A DNA stretch of 50,782 bases, taken from positions 1 to 50,782 of the forward strand of contig JAMWZF010000001.1 of the NCBI GenBank assembly GCA_024304875.1. Reading direction: 5' to 3'. Within the stretch, counting starts at the first letter, position 1, and each line of letters starts with the position of its first letter. Made by a program: the position numbers and the translations under genes. A model generated the notes under the pieces. The model was given only the letters and a program-made list of their open reading frames with translations. It was not told the DNA's origin and did no database searches. The stretch is from Paracoccaceae bacterium. Its GTDB lineage: Bacteria; Pseudomonadota; Alphaproteobacteria; Rhodobacterales; Rhodobacteraceae. Below are positions 1 through 9,536 of this stretch, in pieces.

Positions 1-55
1 TCCTGCGGAAGGGTGTCTCGACGTATCTGTAGGACAGCCAGGAACAGAGGATCGA
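1..55. repeat. Terminal overlap, identical to 50728..50782 (signature of a circular replicon written linearly)
   Basis: tcctgcggaagggtgtctcgacgtatctgtaggacagccaggaacagaggatcga is read at both ends of the window. Collapsing it restores one in-frame gene. Confidence 0.95.
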
Positions 56-1018
56 CGCGACCAGCGCCGCCGCCGCAAGGGCGACGGGCAGGTGAACCTC
101 TGCCCGCAGGATGCGCAGATACGAGAAAATCGGCCAATGCCACAGGTAGAGCGAATAGGAGATCAGCCCGATCCCCACGAGGAGCGGATGCGCCAGGAGC
201 CTGTTGGCGAGACTTCCCGAACCGCCGGCTCCCGCATGGATCAGGGCGACGGCCCCGAGCACGGGCGGAAGGGCCGATATCCCCGGGAAGGCGGTCCCCG
301 CGTCGTAGGTCACGGCCGGCACCAGGATCGCCAGCAGACCGGCCGCCCCGAGCGCCTCCCGCAGCGGCGCGGCGCGCAGCGGCGGCAGCCTGTACAGCGC
401 GACGAGCGCGCCGAGCCCGAGCTCCCAGGCCCGGAAGAAGATCAGGTAGAAGGCCCAGTCGGGGCGGACCGGAAGGATCAGGGCCGCCGCGCCGAGCGAG
501 ACGACAGAGACCGCAAGCACCATCAGGGCCGCGGCTCCGGAGCCGAGCCGGGCGGTGATCAGGGCCAGGAGCGGCGGAAAGACCAGGTAGAACTGCTCTT
601 CCACGGCAAGCGACCAGGTGTGGAGCAGGGGCGCGAATTCCGCCGCCGGCGCGAAGTAGTCGAGCGTCAGGGAGAAATAGACGTTCGACAGGAACAGGGC
701 GGTCGCAAGCGTGGACTGGCCGAGGTCCTCCAGCTCGCCCGGCAGGAGCAGGATCAGCCCGGCGGCGAGGGTGGCCAGGACGACGGCGGCAAGGGCAGGA
801 AGGATGCGCCGCGCGCGCCTCTCGTAGAAGGTCCGCAGCGAGAAGGTGCCCGCGTCAATCTCCGAGGCGACGATCGAGGTGATCAGAAACCCCGAGATGA
901 CGAAGAACACGTCGACACCGATGAACCCCCCCGAAAAGGGCGGCAGCCCGGCGTGGTACAGGACGACGGGCAGGACGGCGACGGCGCGCAAGCCGTCTAT
1001 GTCGGCACGATATTTCAA
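1..1018 (-). CDS. Acyltransferase family 3 (OafA/YrhL-like) membrane domain. N-terminal part of a ~670-aa AT3+SGNH O-acyltransferase that continues at 49733..50727 across the circular junction
   Basis: Hand translation from TTG at 1018: [82 protein letters not shown]. It then reads on into GPADRPRTAVLAASALGLLSMVVV at the window end. 1018+995 nt = 671 codons. Not in the ORF track because it is open at the window edge. The TTG start is uncertain. Confidence 0.85.
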   Translation of the reverse strand, partial: MKYRADIDGLRAVAVLPVVLYHAGLPPFSGGFIGVDVFFVISGFLITSIVASEIDAGTFSLRTFYERRARRILPALAAVVLATLAAGLILLLPGELEDLGQSTLATALFLSNVYFSLTLDYFAPAAEFAPLLHTWSLAVEEQFYLVFPPLLALITARLGSGAAALMVLAVSVVSLGAAALILPVRPDWAFYLIFFRAWELGLGALVALYRLPPLRAAPLREALGAAGLLAILVPAVTYDAGTAFPGISALPPVLGAVALIHAGAGGSGSLANRLLAHPLLVGIGLISYSLYLWHWPIFSYLRILRAEVHLPVALAAAALVASILCSWLSYRYVETPFRR

Positions 1019-1086
1019 AGACGTTCTCTGGCTGCCGTGTCGGTCCCGCGATACCGGTCCGCGAAAGGCTATTGATCCGGTCTTTT

Positions 1087-3030
1087 TCAGGCAAGGTGTT
1101 GCGCCCGAGCCCATTGCAGCAGCATCAGCACCGTCCAGAGCTCGCGGCCGGCGTTCAGGTGCCGCGCCTGGTGGCGGGTCCAGAGCCGGGCGATGGCCGC
1201 GCCGTTCAGGCCGAGGGCGGACAGCAGGTCCTCATCCTGCATCAGGTCCTCCCCCCAGTCCCGCAGCGCGCCGCGGAGCCAGTCGTCGAGCGGGATGGCG
1301 AAGCCCTGCTTGGGCCGCTCGATCAGCTCCCGGGGGACGTACCGGTAAAGCACCTCGCGCAGCAGCCGCTTGCCGCCCTGCCCGTCCACGTGCAGGCCCA
1401 CGGGGATCTGCCGGGCCAGGCGTTCCACCCGCACGTCGAGGAGCGGCGCCCGGGTCTCCAGGCCGACGCTCATGGCGGCGCGGTCGACCTTGACCAGGAT
1501 GTCGCCGGGCAGATAGCCGGTCACGTCCCGCGCCATCATCCATTCCGCCATCTCCAGCCCCTCGGCGGCGGGGTCCCGGTCGCTGACGGGACAGGGGCCG
1601 ACAGGGCCGGACAGAAGCGCCTCGGGCCGGTTCGCAGTCGTGGCGAAGGTGCGGTAGAAGGCCTCGGCATCGCCGGCCGCCCGCAGGGTCGCGGCCAGCT
1701 TGGGCAGCTGCTGCAGGGTGGTCACCGGCAGGCCGAGGGCGGTGACGATCCGGTGCGACAGCCCCTCGCTGCGCAGGCCCAGCCAGGCCGCGCCCCCCAC
1801 CGCCCCGGCGCCGAGCCGGCGGAGGGCCCAGGGCAGCCGCGTCACCGACCGCCAGAGGCCGGGCCCCCGGATGTGGCGGTTGTAGCCGCCGAAGACCTCG
1901 TCCCCGCCGTCGCCGCTGAGGGCCACCGTGACATGCGCGCGCGCCGCCCGGCACAGCAGCGTCGTCGGGATCTGCGAGCTGTCGGCGAAGGGCTCGTCGT
2001 AGATCGCCGGCAGATCGGCGACGATGGCCAGGGCGTCGTCTTCCTTGAGGATGAACTCGGTATGATCGGTGCCGAGGTGCCGGGCCACGGCGGCGGCATG
2101 GGGCGCCTCGTTGAAGCGCGGGTTGTCGAAGCCGATGGAGAAGCTGCGAATCTGCCGGTCCGAGGCGGCCTGCATGAGGCTCGCCACCAGCGAGGAATCG
2201 ACGCCGCCCGAGAGGAAGCAGCCGAGGGGCACGTCGCTTTCCATCTGGTCCCCGACGACCTGCGCCAGGGTCCGGTCCAGCTGCGCGGCGGCCTCGGCGG
2301 GATCGGTGATCGTGGGCGGCTGGCCGAACCGCGCCTCAGGGCTGTCGTAGCGCAGGGGCTCGGGCGCTTCCCCGGCGCCCAGGCGCAGGATGCCGCCGGG
2401 GCGCAGCTTCTGCACCCCCTGGTAGATGCACAGGTGGTCGGGCACGTAGCCGAACTGCAGATAGGCGGCGAGGGCCGCGCGGTCGATCTTCCGGGCCTGC
2501 CCCCCCGCGACCAGGGCCGGCAGTTCCGAGCCGAAGAGCCACCCGCCGCCCGATGGCGCGAAATAGAGCGGTTTTTCCCCCATCCTGTCCCGGGCCAAGG
2601 ACAGCACGCCCTCCTGCCGGTCCCAGAGGGCGATGGCGAACATGCCCGCGGCGGCCTTTAACGCCTGCTCGAGGCCCCGCTCCACGATGGCGGCCAGCAG
2701 GGTTTCGGTGTCGGAATGACCCCGCCAGTCGGGCGCCGCACCGGCGCTTTCCAGCTCCGCGCGCAGCTCGGCGTGGTTGTAGATCTCGCCGTTGTAGGCC
2801 AGCACGTAGCGGCCGCAGGCCGAGGTCATCGGCTGGGCGCCGGCGGGGCTGAGGTCGATGATCGACAGGCGCCGGTGCCCCAGCGCCACGCCCGCCTCCG
2901 GGTCGCTCCAGTGCCCCTCGGCATCGGGGCCGCGGTGGCGGATGGCGTCGGTCATCGCCCGCAGGCGGACCTCGGCGGTCGCCGGATCGGCGAAGGGCTG
3001 AAAGGTCACGAAACCGGCTAATCCGCACAT
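1087..3030 (-). CDS. Asparagine synthase (glutamine-hydrolysing) family amidotransferase, AsnB/WbpS-like
   Basis: 647-aa ORF starting MCGLAGF (Ntn Cys2). Has the GATase-2 motifs HRGPD and YNGEIYN, and the PP-loop FLSGGVDSS. Confidence 0.9.
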   Translation of the reverse strand: MCGLAGFVTFQPFADPATAEVRLRAMTDAIRHRGPDAEGHWSDPEAGVALGHRRLSIIDLSPAGAQPMTSACGRYVLAYNGEIYNHAELRAELESAGAAPDWRGHSDTETLLAAIVERGLEQALKAAAGMFAIALWDRQEGVLSLARDRMGEKPLYFAPSGGGWLFGSELPALVAGGQARKIDRAALAAYLQFGYVPDHLCIYQGVQKLRPGGILRLGAGEAPEPLRYDSPEARFGQPPTITDPAEAAAQLDRTLAQVVGDQMESDVPLGCFLSGGVDSSLVASLMQAASDRQIRSFSIGFDNPRFNEAPHAAAVARHLGTDHTEFILKEDDALAIVADLPAIYDEPFADSSQIPTTLLCRAARAHVTVALSGDGGDEVFGGYNRHIRGPGLWRSVTRLPWALRRLGAGAVGGAAWLGLRSEGLSHRIVTALGLPVTTLQQLPKLAATLRAAGDAEAFYRTFATTANRPEALLSGPVGPCPVSDRDPAAEGLEMAEWMMARDVTGYLPGDILVKVDRAAMSVGLETRAPLLDVRVERLARQIPVGLHVDGQGGKRLLREVLYRYVPRELIERPKQGFAIPLDDWLRGALRDWGEDLMQDEDLLSALGLNGAAIARLWTRHQARHLNAGRELWTVLMLLQWARAQHLA

Positions 3031-4115
3031 GGCACGGCCTTTCCGGGGGGCTGCCCCTCTGCCAGCAGCGCATCGCAGGCCTGGCGGTAATCCTCGCGGA
3101 ACAGCCGCGCGCCCGCCCAGTGCCGCGCCGCCCGGTCCGAGACCGCCCGCCAGCGCGCGGGGTCGGCCAGGAGCCCTTCGACGCGCGCGGCGGTCTCTTC
3201 GGGGGTGGTGACATGGATGCCGTGGTCGCCGTCCCGGCAGTAGCGGGGGATCTCGCCGACCGGGGTGACCACCGGGACCAGCCCGATCGACATGGCCTCG
3301 ATCACCGACATCGCCATGCCTTCGAACCGGCTGGTCTGCAGGTAGAAGCTGTAGTCCCGGGCACGGCGCAGCAGCTCGTCCTGTGCCAGAGGTCCCATGA
3401 AGCGCACCGCCCCGCCGAGGCCGAGGGCCGCCACCTGCGCCTCAAGCCCGGCCAGGGCCCCGCGATCGGGGCCGAAGATGTCGAACCGGGCGCCCGGCAG
3501 CCGGGCATGGATGGCGGCGAAGACATCCAGCGCGCGCGCCAGGTTCTTTTCCTCCTGCAGCCGGCCCCAATAGACGAACGCCGGGGCGGGCGCCCTGTCC
3601 GCCGCGGCGGCGCCGGCGACAGCGGGCAGCTGCGTCAGGAACGACAGCACCCTGCCCCGCCGCCGCGCCCGTTCGGGCACCCGCGCCTCCAGGGTGGAGG
3701 CCGAATCGGCCCAGATCTCGTCGGCCAATCCCATGGCCAGGCGGTTCAGCAGCCAGTCGAGGACATGCACGTCCACCGCCGAATGCAGGAACAGCGCCGT
3801 CTTCGTCCGCGGCCGCAGGAGCTTGAGCGCGATGAAGGCCGGGCAGGCGCGCCAGAGCGAGGCGACCGCCAGGTCGGCCCGGCTGCGCAGGGCGGCCCGC
3901 AGGAGCCGCCAGTGCGCCAGCGGGTTGTTCACAGAGACCGCGGCGCCATGCCAGTCGTCCGGAAAGACCTCCACCGCCGAATGAGTCACCAGATAGGCGC
4001 GGCGGAACCGCACGGGGCCATTCGGCCCCTCCCACCGGGCCGGGACGGTGCGCAGGGCGGTCTCGACCCCGCCCACGGTGTCATAGGGGACCAGATGCAG
4101 GACCTGCCGCGTCAC
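3018..4115 (-). CDS. Glycosyltransferase, GT-B fold (GT4-like)
   Basis: 365-aa ORF. C-terminal half has the typical GT4 signature SRFEGMAMSVIEAMSIGLVPVVTPVGEIP. The GTG start overlaps the upstream stop (GTGA). Confidence 0.85.
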   Translation of the reverse strand: MTRQVLHLVPYDTVGGVETALRTVPARWEGPNGPVRFRRAYLVTHSAVEVFPDDWHGAAVSVNNPLAHWRLLRAALRSRADLAVASLWRACPAFIALKLLRPRTKTALFLHSAVDVHVLDWLLNRLAMGLADEIWADSASTLEARVPERARRRGRVLSFLTQLPAVAGAAAADRAPAPAFVYWGRLQEEKNLARALDVFAAIHARLPGARFDIFGPDRGALAGLEAQVAALGLGGAVRFMGPLAQDELLRRARDYSFYLQTSRFEGMAMSVIEAMSIGLVPVVTPVGEIPRYCRDGDHGIHVTTPEETAARVEGLLADPARWRAVSDRAARHWAGARLFREDYRQACDALLAEGQPPGKAVPCAD

Positions 4116-5269
4116 CGGCCGGACCGTTTTCTGACAATCTCCGTCCCGAGCGCCTCGTAGGCCCGCGCGGTCAGCTGCGCATCGTACCGGCTCACCGCCC
4201 TCTCCCGCGCGGCCGCGGCCAGGCGGCGGGCCTCGTCCGGGGCCTCCAGCAGACCGCCGAGGGCGCCGTGAAGCGCCTGCGCATCGCCGGAGGGATAGAG
4301 CAGGCCGACATCCGGCGTGACCATGTTGGTCACCCCCGAGACGGCGCTGGCCACCACCGGCAGGCCGACGGCCATGGCCTGCATGATGGAATTGCTCATC
4401 GTCTCGCCCAAGGTGGCATGGACGTAGATGTCGAGGCCGCGCAGCAGGTCGCGCACGCCCGCGGTGCCGAGCGTGCCGTGCAGCGTGACACGGGTTTGAA
4501 CCCCCAGGCGCCGGGCCTCGGCCTCCAGCGCCGGCCGGGTGGTGCCATCCCCGGCGATCTCGAGCCTCAGGTCGAGGTCCGGGCGGGCCGCGCAGAGGCG
4601 CCCGAAGGCATCGATCAGGGTCAGGTGGTCCTTGGTCGGCTGCAGGCGCGCCACCATGCCGAGGCGGATCACCGGGCCGGACAGCAGGCTGTCCGGCCAG
4701 CCGGGGGCGGGGCTGAAGTCCTCGATGTCGAGACCGTTGGCGATGATATGGACCTTGCCGGGCCGGTGCAGCAGACGCAGCTTGGCTGCCGCCGTTTCGG
4801 CCGCATCCTCGGTCAGATGGACGACGGCATCGACATTGGCATGGGCCAGGGCCAGCGAGCCCCAGTCCTTGAGCGACTTGGTGGATTGCGGCTCGGTCTC
4901 GCGCAGGAGCACTGCGGCCCGCGACCGGTTCCGCACGATCGAGGGCGTCGTGGCCAGCCCGTGCACGAAGACCAGATCGGGATCGTCCTGAAAGATCGCC
5001 CGCCGCAGGCTGCGGTAATAGGCGATGTAGTCCCGCCCGGGAACCTTGGGCACATAGCGCCAGGCCATGCCGCGCCGGTCCAGACGGGTGGTGTAATCCT
5101 CCAGCGGCGGCTCCACTCCGGTCAGGACGGCGATATGCTCCGCCCTGGCGAAAAACCCCGCATCGAGCATCCCGAACATGACCGCCCCGTGCCCGCCGAG
5201 GCCGGAATAGAGAACGTGGACGACCCGCCGGATCGTGGTGTCTTCGGTCATGGGCGATGTGTCTTTCAT
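4112..5269 (-). CDS. Glycosyltransferase, GT-B fold (GT4-like)
   Basis: 385-aa ORF with LGETMSNSIMQAMAVGLPVVASAVSGV (E-x7-E-type region). Alternative ATG at 5251. Confidence 0.85.
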   Translation of the reverse strand: MKDTSPMTEDTTIRRVVHVLYSGLGGHGAVMFGMLDAGFFARAEHIAVLTGVEPPLEDYTTRLDRRGMAWRYVPKVPGRDYIAYYRSLRRAIFQDDPDLVFVHGLATTPSIVRNRSRAAVLLRETEPQSTKSLKDWGSLALAHANVDAVVHLTEDAAETAAAKLRLLHRPGKVHIIANGLDIEDFSPAPGWPDSLLSGPVIRLGMVARLQPTKDHLTLIDAFGRLCAARPDLDLRLEIAGDGTTRPALEAEARRLGVQTRVTLHGTLGTAGVRDLLRGLDIYVHATLGETMSNSIMQAMAVGLPVVASAVSGVTNMVTPDVGLLYPSGDAQALHGALGGLLEAPDEARRLAAAARERAVSRYDAQLTARAYEALGTEIVRKRSGR

Positions 5270-5282
5270 GGGTGCAATCGTG

Positions 5283-6008
5283 TCATGGACGCCGCCGCTT
5301 GGCCGTCAGGGCCAGTCTCAGCGCCAGGCCGAGGGGGCGGACAAGCGCGGCGGGCCAAGTGCGGGCACGGACCTGGTCGAAGCTGATGAAGCGCGCGGCA
5401 TTGGTCGCCATGAAGTGGCCAAGCGCGTCGATCGCCTCGTCGGTCATGTTGTTGAGGTGCAGGCAGAGCGTATAGACCCCCGCGCCGAAATGCACCGGCC
5501 GTTCGAAAAGCTGCGGCACGAAAGTCAGCCCGTCCTGGCGCCAAGGGACGATCCCGTAGCCATCCGTCAGGGTGGTGAAGCCGAGGGACTTCAGGGCCGT
5601 CAGCGTCGCGCGGTCGTAGCTGTGGAACGGCGCCATGAAGACATCCGTGCCAAGCCCCTCGCGAGCGAGGATCGCCTGCCCCGCGGCCAGATCGGCGCGC
5701 TGGTCGTCCAGGCCCCGCCCGGCGAATTCGCTCCGCGGCGTGATCCCCAGAAGGCCGCGGTCCGACGTATGGATCAGGTGCCGGTAGCCGTGCTGGGAAA
5801 TCCCCCAGCCCTCGCCGCGCAGATCGCGCATCATCTGCCAGAACCCGGGGTCCGCCGCGTCGATCTGAAGGTCGGGGTCGCGGTTGTCCGGCACCACCCC
5901 CATGAGCGGCCGGACCCCGGCCCGGTCGAAGGCGGCACGGGCACGGGCGAACTTCCCATGATCCATCGTGGGGCAGATGTCGTCCAACCTGATCACGAAC
6001 CGCGTCAC
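5283..6008 (-). CDS. DUF2334-like predicted polysaccharide deacetylase
   Basis: 241-aa ORF: RLDDICPTMDHGKF..GWGISQHGYRH..EFAG resembles the DUF2334 / divergent NodB fold. GTG start. Confidence 0.6.
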   Translation of the reverse strand: MTRFVIRLDDICPTMDHGKFARARAAFDRAGVRPLMGVVPDNRDPDLQIDAADPGFWQMMRDLRGEGWGISQHGYRHLIHTSDRGLLGITPRSEFAGRGLDDQRADLAAGQAILAREGLGTDVFMAPFHSYDRATLTALKSLGFTTLTDGYGIVPWRQDGLTFVPQLFERPVHFGAGVYTLCLHLNNMTDEAIDALGHFMATNAARFISFDQVRARTWPAALVRPLGLALRLALTAKRRRP

Positions 6009-6022
6009 CGTACCCGTCCCTT

Positions 6023-7714
6023 TCAGCCGACCTGATCCTGAAGCGTCGCGGCGATGCGGTCAAAGCATTGCCGATAGGCCGCCTCCTCCGCCCCGTGGGG
6101 ATCGCCGAGTTCGCCCGAGGGGTGGCGCGCGAGATCGTCGAAGAGGATCGCGCGGGATTCCAGGTCCGGGCGGGCGGCCTGCAGATCGGCCAAGGTCCGA
6201 TAGTCGAAGACGACGATGCGCGCGCCGCCGGCCAGAAAGGGGGCGACCGCGTGAAGAGGGGCGGAGCGATGAGAACTGCCGTCCAGCCCCCGGTCCCGCA
6301 GGAACCGCGCCGCGGCGGGGCTGATCGCCCGCCCCTGCAGCGGCAGCATCCCGGCGGAGCGCACAGAGTCGAACCCCGCGTCGCGGAACAGGATCTCGGC
6401 CACCGCGCTGCGGTTGACGTTGCCTTGGCAGAGAAACAGCAGCGGTTCGCTCCGGTCCAGCCGGCGGAAACGGTGCCGGCGGGTCAGCCGCGCCGCCGCC
6501 ATGCGCCGTGCAAGGCCCGCCCGGCGCCAGGCCCGCGCGACCACCGGATTGAGCTGGCCGAGGGCCGGGCGCAGATCATCCCCCTGTTCGATGTCGAGAT
6601 GCTCGCGCCCCAGGGCGGCCCGCGGCAGCGCACCCAGCCAGTCCGCCAGGGCCCCGAAGCGGCGCTGGCCGATCACCCAGCGCAAATCGGTCTTGAGGTT
6701 GCGCACCCGCACCGGCCGGTCGCTGCGGATCACCTCGTCCGGCAGCGGCAGGCCGAGGGCGACCGCGACGGCGAGCGCTGGAAAATCCACGCCGGCGCGG
6801 ATCGCCGTCTCGATCGACCCCCAGGGGCGGCAGTTCATCTCCATGATCGTCAGCTGCCTGGCGTTTTCCTTCATCTCGATCATCATCAGGCCGGTCCACT
6901 CCAGCCGGGCGGCCATGTCCCGCGCGATCCCCAGGGCCGTCTCGGTCACGGGCACGTTGCAGCGAAAGCTGCTGCCGCCGCCGTCAGGCGGCTCGTGCAG
7001 TCGGCGGTTCATGCTGACGGCCACCAGCCTGCCGCGGTCGGCCAGAAGGTTCAGCCCGACCCCCTGCCCCGCCACCGGGCGCTGCACGAGAACCGGCCCG
7101 CGGGGCAGGTCCTCGGCCAGCTTGCGCTCCAGCCGGGCTGGCTCGGCGCATTTGCGGACCTCAAAGGTATGGATGATCCCCTGCCCCAGGCGGCAACTGC
7201 GCACGGGCTTGACGTAGACCGGGCCGTCCTTCAGCGCGGCGAAGGCCGGCGCGGGATCGTCCCCCTCCTTCAGGAGAATGCTGTCCGGGGCGCCGAGGCC
7301 GACCTGCCGGGCCAGATCCATGGCCTCGGCCTTGTCGACGGCCCTAAGGTAGGCCTCCGGCGCCGGCCCGACGATCGCCGTGCGCGCCGCCAGCGCCGCG
7401 TGGTCGGCATGGACCAGCTCGCAGGCCACGTCGGTGATCGGGAAGAGCGCGTCGTAGGCGTGTGCCTCCAGATGCGCCGCGAGGCGGGCGCACACCCCAT
7501 CCGGGTCCGTCACCGGCGCGCCGAGATGGATGCGCCCCCGGCAATAGCGCGACAGCTCTGCCGGCTGGCGGACAGGATCGAAGGCCGCGATCTCGACCAC
7601 CGCGCCCCGCCGCCCCAGCGACCGGCAGACCGACAGCGCCGCCCGCTCGTTGCTGCCCAGAAGCAGGATCCGCTTTCCCGAAAGGTCCCTCATCGACTCC
7701 GGCCCACTCGTCAT
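6023..7714 (-). CDS. Fusion protein: N-terminal ATP-grasp ligase domain plus C-terminal low-molecular-weight phosphotyrosine phosphatase domain
   Basis: 563-aa ORF. ATP-grasp features: VYVKPVRS, LVQRPVAGQGVGLN, MIEMKENARQLTIMEMNCRPWGS. C-terminal LLFLCQGNVNRS is the C-X5-R-S P-loop (nt 6407..6430), and DPHG follows near the end. Confidence 0.8.
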   Translation of the reverse strand: MTSGPESMRDLSGKRILLLGSNERAALSVCRSLGRRGAVVEIAAFDPVRQPAELSRYCRGRIHLGAPVTDPDGVCARLAAHLEAHAYDALFPITDVACELVHADHAALAARTAIVGPAPEAYLRAVDKAEAMDLARQVGLGAPDSILLKEGDDPAPAFAALKDGPVYVKPVRSCRLGQGIIHTFEVRKCAEPARLERKLAEDLPRGPVLVQRPVAGQGVGLNLLADRGRLVAVSMNRRLHEPPDGGGSSFRCNVPVTETALGIARDMAARLEWTGLMMIEMKENARQLTIMEMNCRPWGSIETAIRAGVDFPALAVAVALGLPLPDEVIRSDRPVRVRNLKTDLRWVIGQRRFGALADWLGALPRAALGREHLDIEQGDDLRPALGQLNPVVARAWRRAGLARRMAAARLTRRHRFRRLDRSEPLLFLCQGNVNRSAVAEILFRDAGFDSVRSAGMLPLQGRAISPAAARFLRDRGLDGSSHRSAPLHAVAPFLAGGARIVVFDYRTLADLQAARPDLESRAILFDDLARHPSGELGDPHGAEEAAYRQCFDRIAATLQDQVG

Positions 7715-7715
7715 G

Positions 7716-8483
7716 TCAGCGGACGCCCCGCAGGCGGCCGGCCAGGTATTGCCCGATCGTGGGGTGATACCATTGCCGTCCCTCTCCCTCGGTCGGCAGG
7801 GGATCGGGCAAGGTCTCCCCCCGCCGCAGCCCCTCCAGGACCTCGACCAGGGCCGGCAGCGCCGCGCCCAGTTGCAGCAACGGATAGGTCACGAAAGTGT
7901 CCTGCGGGCCGGGCACGGGCCGGACATGGGCCAGCACGCCCCCGGTGTCCACCCCGGCATCGACCAGATGCAGCGTCGCCCCGAAGTTGCCGGGCTGCCC
8001 GGTCCAGAGGGCCCAGTAGCCGCCGTGCACGCCCCGGAACTCCGGCGTGATCCCGGCGTGGATGTTCAGCACCGGCGCCCCCGCGGCATTGAGCGTGTCG
8101 GGCTTCACGATCCTCGTGCCGCTCAGCACCACCGCGTCCGGGGCGAAGCGCCGTAGATGGTCCCGGGTCTCGGCCGCATTGACCGAAGGCACCGGCACGA
8201 CGCGCGCGCCGGGCAGCGGATCGGCGGTCAGATCCGCCTCTTCCATGATGGCGGCCAGGCGCGGGGCGGCCCGCCGCCGCAGGACCGGAAGCACCAGACC
8301 CAGGAACAGCACCTGCCCCAGGACCGGTCCCCATCCCAGGCGCCGCGCCCGCCCGCGCAGGAGCGCGCGCTTCGACTGGGGCGGCTCGACCAGGACCAGA
8401 AGGTCGTCGAACCCCTCGCGCAGCAGGCGGCCGACGAGGATATCGGTGCTCTGCCCGGGCGCGGCGAGAACGGCCAGCTTCAT
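7716..8483 (-). CDS. Formyltransferase (Formyl_trans_N-type, Fmt/ArnA N-domain-like)
   Basis: 255-aa ORF. LNIHAGITPEFRGVHG and HLVDAGVDTGGVL match the N-x-H...D catalytic pattern of folate-dependent formyltransferases. Confidence 0.8.
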   Translation of the reverse strand: MKLAVLAAPGQSTDILVGRLLREGFDDLLVLVEPPQSKRALLRGRARRLGWGPVLGQVLFLGLVLPVLRRRAAPRLAAIMEEADLTADPLPGARVVPVPSVNAAETRDHLRRFAPDAVVLSGTRIVKPDTLNAAGAPVLNIHAGITPEFRGVHGGYWALWTGQPGNFGATLHLVDAGVDTGGVLAHVRPVPGPQDTFVTYPLLQLGAALPALVEVLEGLRRGETLPDPLPTEGEGRQWYHPTIGQYLAGRLRGVR

Positions 8484-8507
8484 GAAGGGACCCGCAGGGA
8501 GCGCATC

Positions 8508-9536
8508 TCAGGGCGCCCCGAAGATCGCCGCCTCGATCTCCCTGGCATGGGCGTCCGGATCGTAGAGCCTGTCATAGAACTCCCGTCCGTTCCGGGCGAT
8601 CCTCTCTCTCTCGGCGTCATGGGCGATGTAGAAGCGCGCCTTGTCGACCATGTCGTCCCATGTATCGAACCAGACGTAGTCCCGGTCCGCCACGATCGGC
8701 TCGCGCAGCCATATCTGGCCGAGGTCGGTTTCGGACAGGCAGAAGGCGCCGCACCAGAACAGCTCGAGATGGCGGAAGGTGAAGGGGCCGATGCCGTCGA
8801 GTGCCAGGTTGATGCGCGAGGTCAGGATGTGGTCCCGGTAGGACTTGGAGCCGATCGGCTCGGCGACGAACTCCGCCGGCACGTCGAAGCCGGGATCCCC
8901 GGGGATGATCCCGCCGACGGGGCGGATGTCGGGGCTCCGCGCCAGGCGGGCCCAGGCCTCGATCCGGTTGTCGTAGCGGTTCTTTCCGACCCGGCCGATG
9001 AAGAAGGCGTCGTGCCGCTTCTGGGTCTCGAAGCCGAACCGGGGCGGACGCCGTCCGATCTTCAGCCAGGGCATCCGGTTGAACAGGGGGCTGAGCGGGT
9101 TGGCGAGGATCGTGGGCACGATCTTGCGCCGGTTCGCCTCCGACAGGTCGTAGACGCCGAGGTCGCTGAAGGGCTCCCTCTTGAAGATCACCGAGCACAG
9201 ATCGGCGAACCTGTCCTCGATCATGACCTTGGGCTGGGCCTGCTGGACGAGAAAGCAGACCGGGATCGGGCCGAGGGTCAGGAGCCGCTTCGCCTCGGCG
9301 AAGTCCAGCTTCCGGATGCCGCACTTGGAGCTGAAGACGATGGCCTCGCTGCGGGCGAAGATCCGCTCCGGCGCGCGCAGGAAGGCCTCCATCGAGACGA
9401 AGTCGACGCTGAAGGCCCGCGACAGCGCATGCTTGAAGAACCCCGCCTGCCCGGCCGAATACCCCAGGGTCCGGCGCGCGAAGTCGTGCAGCGGCGAATG
9501 GGTCTCCTTCGCCTCGACGTAGGTGACATGTCTCAT
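8508..9536 (-). CDS. CgeB-like / Glyco_trans_1_2-type putative glycosyltransferase
   Basis: 342-aa ORF. C-terminal part (INLALDG..FRHLELFWCGAFCLSE..DYVWFDTWDDMVDKARFYIAHDAERERIARNGREF) resembles the CgeB spore-maturation/DUF3880 glycosyltransferase family. The ATG overlaps the upstream stop (ATGA). Confidence 0.6.
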   Translation of the reverse strand: MRHVTYVEAKETHSPLHDFARRTLGYSAGQAGFFKHALSRAFSVDFVSMEAFLRAPERIFARSEAIVFSSKCGIRKLDFAEAKRLLTLGPIPVCFLVQQAQPKVMIEDRFADLCSVIFKREPFSDLGVYDLSEANRRKIVPTILANPLSPLFNRMPWLKIGRRPPRFGFETQKRHDAFFIGRVGKNRYDNRIEAWARLARSPDIRPVGGIIPGDPGFDVPAEFVAEPIGSKSYRDHILTSRINLALDGIGPFTFRHLELFWCGAFCLSETDLGQIWLREPIVADRDYVWFDTWDDMVDKARFYIAHDAERERIARNGREFYDRLYDPDAHAREIEAAIFGAP

